The notes below the pieces were generated by a model. It made no database searches and had not been told where the DNA came from. It saw only the letters and a program-made list of their open reading frames with translations. From Rhodobacteraceae bacterium M385 (GTDB lineage Bacteria > Pseudomonadota > Alphaproteobacteria > Rhodobacterales > Rhodobacteraceae), in contig CP081102.1 in assembly GCA_025141835.1 (NCBI GenBank), forward strand, positions 2,384,230 to 2,416,229: DNA of 32,000 nt. The letters are read 5' to 3'. This document shows positions 29,439-32,000 of the stretch, one piece after another; position 1 is the first letter of the stretch; each line of letters starts with the position of its first letter. The translations under genes were made by a program, and so were the position numbers.

Positions 29439-29999
29439 CTAGGCCGACAGCGCTTTGCCGAGGCGGGGAAGCCGAACCCGTTTGAGCAGCGCGCGCAGAG
29501 GGAAGGTTTGGCCTGAGAGACGCTCGGCCTCGGCGTGGGTGGTGGCGACGGATTGGGCGACGGCTTTGGGGTGGGTGAGCCAGAGGTCCATCAAGAAGGG
29601 ATCGGGCGCGATGGCCTTGACGCCGTAGCCGGAAAGTTCGCGGGCCGGGAAATCCTTGAGGTTTTGGGTCAGGATCGTGGTCGCGCCGCTTTGGACCGCG
29701 GTGGCAAGCACGTGGATGTCGGCGGGATCGGGAAGCCATAAGGGTGCTTCATCGCCGGGGGGCGTGAGGGCCTTGGGGAAGCGCAGGTTGGCGCTTGAGG
29801 CCTCAGATTTGGCCAGTTGTTCATCCAACGCGCCGCCGTTGCGGGCGGCGGCTCGGGTCCATTCTTCCAACAGACGCTCGGACCAGATCGGCGTGAAAAG
29901 GCCCTGCTCGGCGCAGCCCAAGACGATTTGGCGCAGCACCGTGGGATAGAGCACGCAAGCGTCGATGACGACGACCGGCAACGGAGCGCCCGCAGTCAT
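29439..29999 (-). CDS. PIN-domain protein (recalled as the RSP_2648-type family)
   Basis: PIN-like acidic positions: VVVIDACVLY, ...EEW..., PDPADIHVLATAV, ILTQNLKDF. Its ATG overlaps the rlmI stop (ATGA). Confidence 0.75.
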   Translation of the reverse strand: MTAGAPLPVVVIDACVLYPTVLRQIVLGCAEQGLFTPIWSERLLEEWTRAAARNGGALDEQLAKSEASSANLRFPKALTPPGDEAPLWLPDPADIHVLATAVQSGATTILTQNLKDFPARELSGYGVKAIAPDPFLMDLWLTHPKAVAQSVATTHAEAERLSGQTFPLRALLKRVRLPRLGKALSA

Positions 30000-31192
30000 A
30001 AGGTAAACGCGAGCGCCTTGAGGTAGCCTGTTTCACTAAGGCTAGGGTGGACCGGGTGATCGGGGCCAGCAAACCCGGTGTAGATGATCCGGGGATCGCG
30101 GCCCGCGCGACCAATGCCGCGGATGCAGGAGGCGCGGAACTTCGTCAGGTCGGCCGCGTGAGAGCAAGAACACAACATCAACGTGCCGCCTTCCGCCACC
30201 AGCGAGGCAGCGATACGGGCGACGCGTTCATAGGCACGCAGGCCCTTGTCGAGCGCCGGTTTCGATGGCGCGAAAGCGGGGGGATCGGCGATTACGACGT
30301 CGAATTTTGCGCCCTCTGCGGCGAGAGCCTCCATCACGGTGAAGGCGTCCCCTTGGCGGGTCTCGAAGCGGTCGGCGCAGCCCATGGCGGCGGCCCCCTG
30401 CCCGGCTAGCGTCAGCGCGGGTTCGGACGCATCGACGGCCAAGGCGCTTTTTGCGCCCGCCGCGAGCGAGGCAAGGGCGAAGCCGCCCACGTGGGTGAAC
30501 ACGTCCAGCACGCGCGCATCCTTAGAGAGGTTCGCCATGAACGCGTGGTTCGGGCGTTGGTCGTAGAACAGGCCGGTTTTCTGGCCGCCCATGACGTCGG
30601 CCATGTAAGTGGCGCCGTTCATCGGCACCTCAATCGCGGCTTTGGGGGCGGTGCCGGCCAGGGTGAGCATTTCTTCGGGCAGCTCTTCCAAAGCGCGGGC
30701 GCGAGAGGTGCCGTTTTTGATCAGCGTGGTGGCGCCGGTGGCCTCCAACAGCAGTGCGCTCAGAACATCAAGGCGTTCTTCGAGCCAGATCGCATTGGGT
30801 TGCATCACCAAGGTATCGCCGAAACGGTCCACGATCAGGCCGGGAAGGCCATCGCCCTCTGCATGGATCAGGCGGTAGAACGGCGCGTCGTAAAGCGCGT
30901 TTCGCAGGGCCACGGCGCGGGTGATCTTGGCGCGCAGCCAGTCTGTGTCGATCACGGCATCGGGGGCACGGTCCAGAACCCGCAGGCCAATGCGTGCGTT
31001 AACGGTGGCCACGCCAATGCCCATGGGCTGCCGTTCGGCATCCTCCAGCAAGGCCAAAGCGCCCGCAGGCACGGCTTTGGAGCGGCGGTCAAGGACGAGG
31101 TCATCGGCCCAAGCCCAGGGGTGGCCATGGCGGATGCGGCGGGCGTCGGCCTTGGGTTTAAGGCGGAGGACGGGAAAAGAGGGCGCTGTCAT
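29996..31192 (-). CDS. rlmI: 23S rRNA (cytosine-C5) methyltransferase RlmI-like (PUA + class I SAM MTase)
   Basis: N-terminal LRLKPKADARRIRHGHPWAWADDL (PUA-like). Motif I VLDVFTHVGGFAL, motif IV VVIADPPAFAPSK. Confidence 0.85.
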   Translation of the reverse strand: MTAPSFPVLRLKPKADARRIRHGHPWAWADDLVLDRRSKAVPAGALALLEDAERQPMGIGVATVNARIGLRVLDRAPDAVIDTDWLRAKITRAVALRNALYDAPFYRLIHAEGDGLPGLIVDRFGDTLVMQPNAIWLEERLDVLSALLLEATGATTLIKNGTSRARALEELPEEMLTLAGTAPKAAIEVPMNGATYMADVMGGQKTGLFYDQRPNHAFMANLSKDARVLDVFTHVGGFALASLAAGAKSALAVDASEPALTLAGQGAAAMGCADRFETRQGDAFTVMEALAAEGAKFDVVIADPPAFAPSKPALDKGLRAYERVARIAASLVAEGGTLMLCSCSHAADLTKFRASCIRGIGRAGRDPRIIYTGFAGPDHPVHPSLSETGYLKALAFTL

Positions 31193-31249
31193 AGCGCCCC
31201 CTCTAGCGGGTTCTTGGCCCGTTCGTAAGATGGAAAGTGCCGTTAAGGC

Positions 31250-31876
31250 TTAGTTCGAGGCCACCAGAAGCGATGCGTTTGCGGGGCCGATGAACTCTTC
31301 CGAGACCCAAGCCTGCAAACGCTGGGTGATGCGCAGGCGCTGTGTCACGCCTTCGGCGTCGGCGATAACGGCGTCATTGCCGCCCAGTGCCGGGAACGTC
31401 AGGTCCACGTCGGTGGGGCCGGAAAGGATCTCTCCGGTGGTGGCGTGGCGGATCGTCATCACGAACTCGATCTCTTGCTCGGACGGAATGTTGGAATACC
31501 GCACACGCTGGGTTTGAGCGTGGAAACGGGTCACGTCGAGGGACACGATCACTGAAACCGCACCCGATACGTTGGCGAAGGCTGGCTCAAGCGCGGAGGT
31601 CATGAGGGCGGCAACTTGGGCGTGACGGTCGCCGATTGGGTCTTCGCGCCAAACGATATCAGCGCGGGGCTTAATGGTATTGGCTTCCGAAGATGTCAGC
31701 GATTCCGGCACGTTAACCACAACTTCTGCAACGTCCCAATCCTGCACCACGATGTTTTCGATCACGGGGATGCTATCGGGGCCAATGTCGCGCGACACGT
31801 CGGTGCTGCTGACGCAGCCGGAAACCGCGAGAGCGGCGCCGAGAATAACGGCGGGGATGAAACGGGACTTCATCAT
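31250..31876 (-). CDS. Lipoprotein, function unknown
   Basis: MMKSRFIPAVILGAALAVSGC lipobox. RBS GCAGGAGAAG upstream. Confidence 0.7.
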   Translation of the reverse strand: MMKSRFIPAVILGAALAVSGCVSSTDVSRDIGPDSIPVIENIVVQDWDVAEVVVNVPESLTSSEANTIKPRADIVWREDPIGDRHAQVAALMTSALEPAFANVSGAVSVIVSLDVTRFHAQTQRVRYSNIPSEQEIEFVMTIRHATTGEILSGPTDVDLTFPALGGNDAVIADAEGVTQRLRITQRLQAWVSEEFIGPANASLLVASN

Positions 31877-31900
31877 GGGACTTCTCCTGCGTGAGGGCCA

Positions 31901-32000
31901 TCAGAGCCCGAATTGCCAAACTGTCTGCGCTTGCTGCGCGTCCCACTCATTTGCCGGTGAGACAGGTGGTTTTTCGGCTGTGAGCACGGCGAAATGAGGC
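31901..32000 (-). CDS. Possible 3' end of a minus-strand gene running off the window end
   Basis: Open minus-strand frame ...PHFAVLTAEKPPVSPANEWDAQQAQTVWQFGL* ending 24 nt upstream of the lipoprotein ATG. Only 33 codons are visible and no motif is recognised. Confidence 0.3.
   Translation of the reverse strand, partial: PHFAVLTAEKPPVSPANEWDAQQAQTVWQFGL

Overview
GC-rich bacterial chromosomal DNA. Gene content and order (helABCDX-type ccmABCDG operon, Cys-poor DksA, DUF2927-type lipoprotein, RlmI with a coupled PIN protein) suggest an alphaproteobacterium of the Rhodobacterales; this placement is inference from recalled synteny and family names, not a search. The window looks like core housekeeping chromosome. 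I recognised no rRNA, tRNA, CRISPR array, transposase, integrase or phage gene. About 38 protein-coding genes are supported. Left to right: acnA (3'-partial, minus strand, absent from the ORF track), ccmA-B-C-D-G, a MarR-like regulator, sdhE coupled to an XRE-HTH gene, aspartate aminotransferase, an orphan ABC permease, a methyltransferase, a secreted protein with a VHL-beta-like C-terminus, a small conserved gene hidden in a long antisense ORF, purB, a lone FliG homolog, an esterase, a secreted tandem-LCCL protein, a PuuD-like amidotransferase, a P450 with an adjacent cytochrome b561, a double zinc-ribbon membrane protein, fructokinase, dtd, a FAD monooxygenase, dksA, a MoxR ATPase and its VWA partner split by three inserted genes, a DedA protein, an M48 peptidase, the PIN protein, rlmI and a lipoprotein. 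Many long track ORFs are antisense shadows of real genes, as is typical of high-GC DNA, and were rejected. I found no clear novel multi-gene system such as a defence island. The items most worth follow-up are a perfect 18-bp AT-rich palindrome between acnA and ccmA, two secreted proteins with eukaryote-type domains (VHL-beta-like, tandem LCCL), the stand-alone FliG homolog, the interrupted MoxR/VWA cluster with a translationally coupled downstream chain, a ~75-nt two-helix inverted repeat, and the P450/cytochrome b561/zinc-ribbon neighbourhood. All family assignments rest on motif recognition and recalled knowledge; no database was queried.
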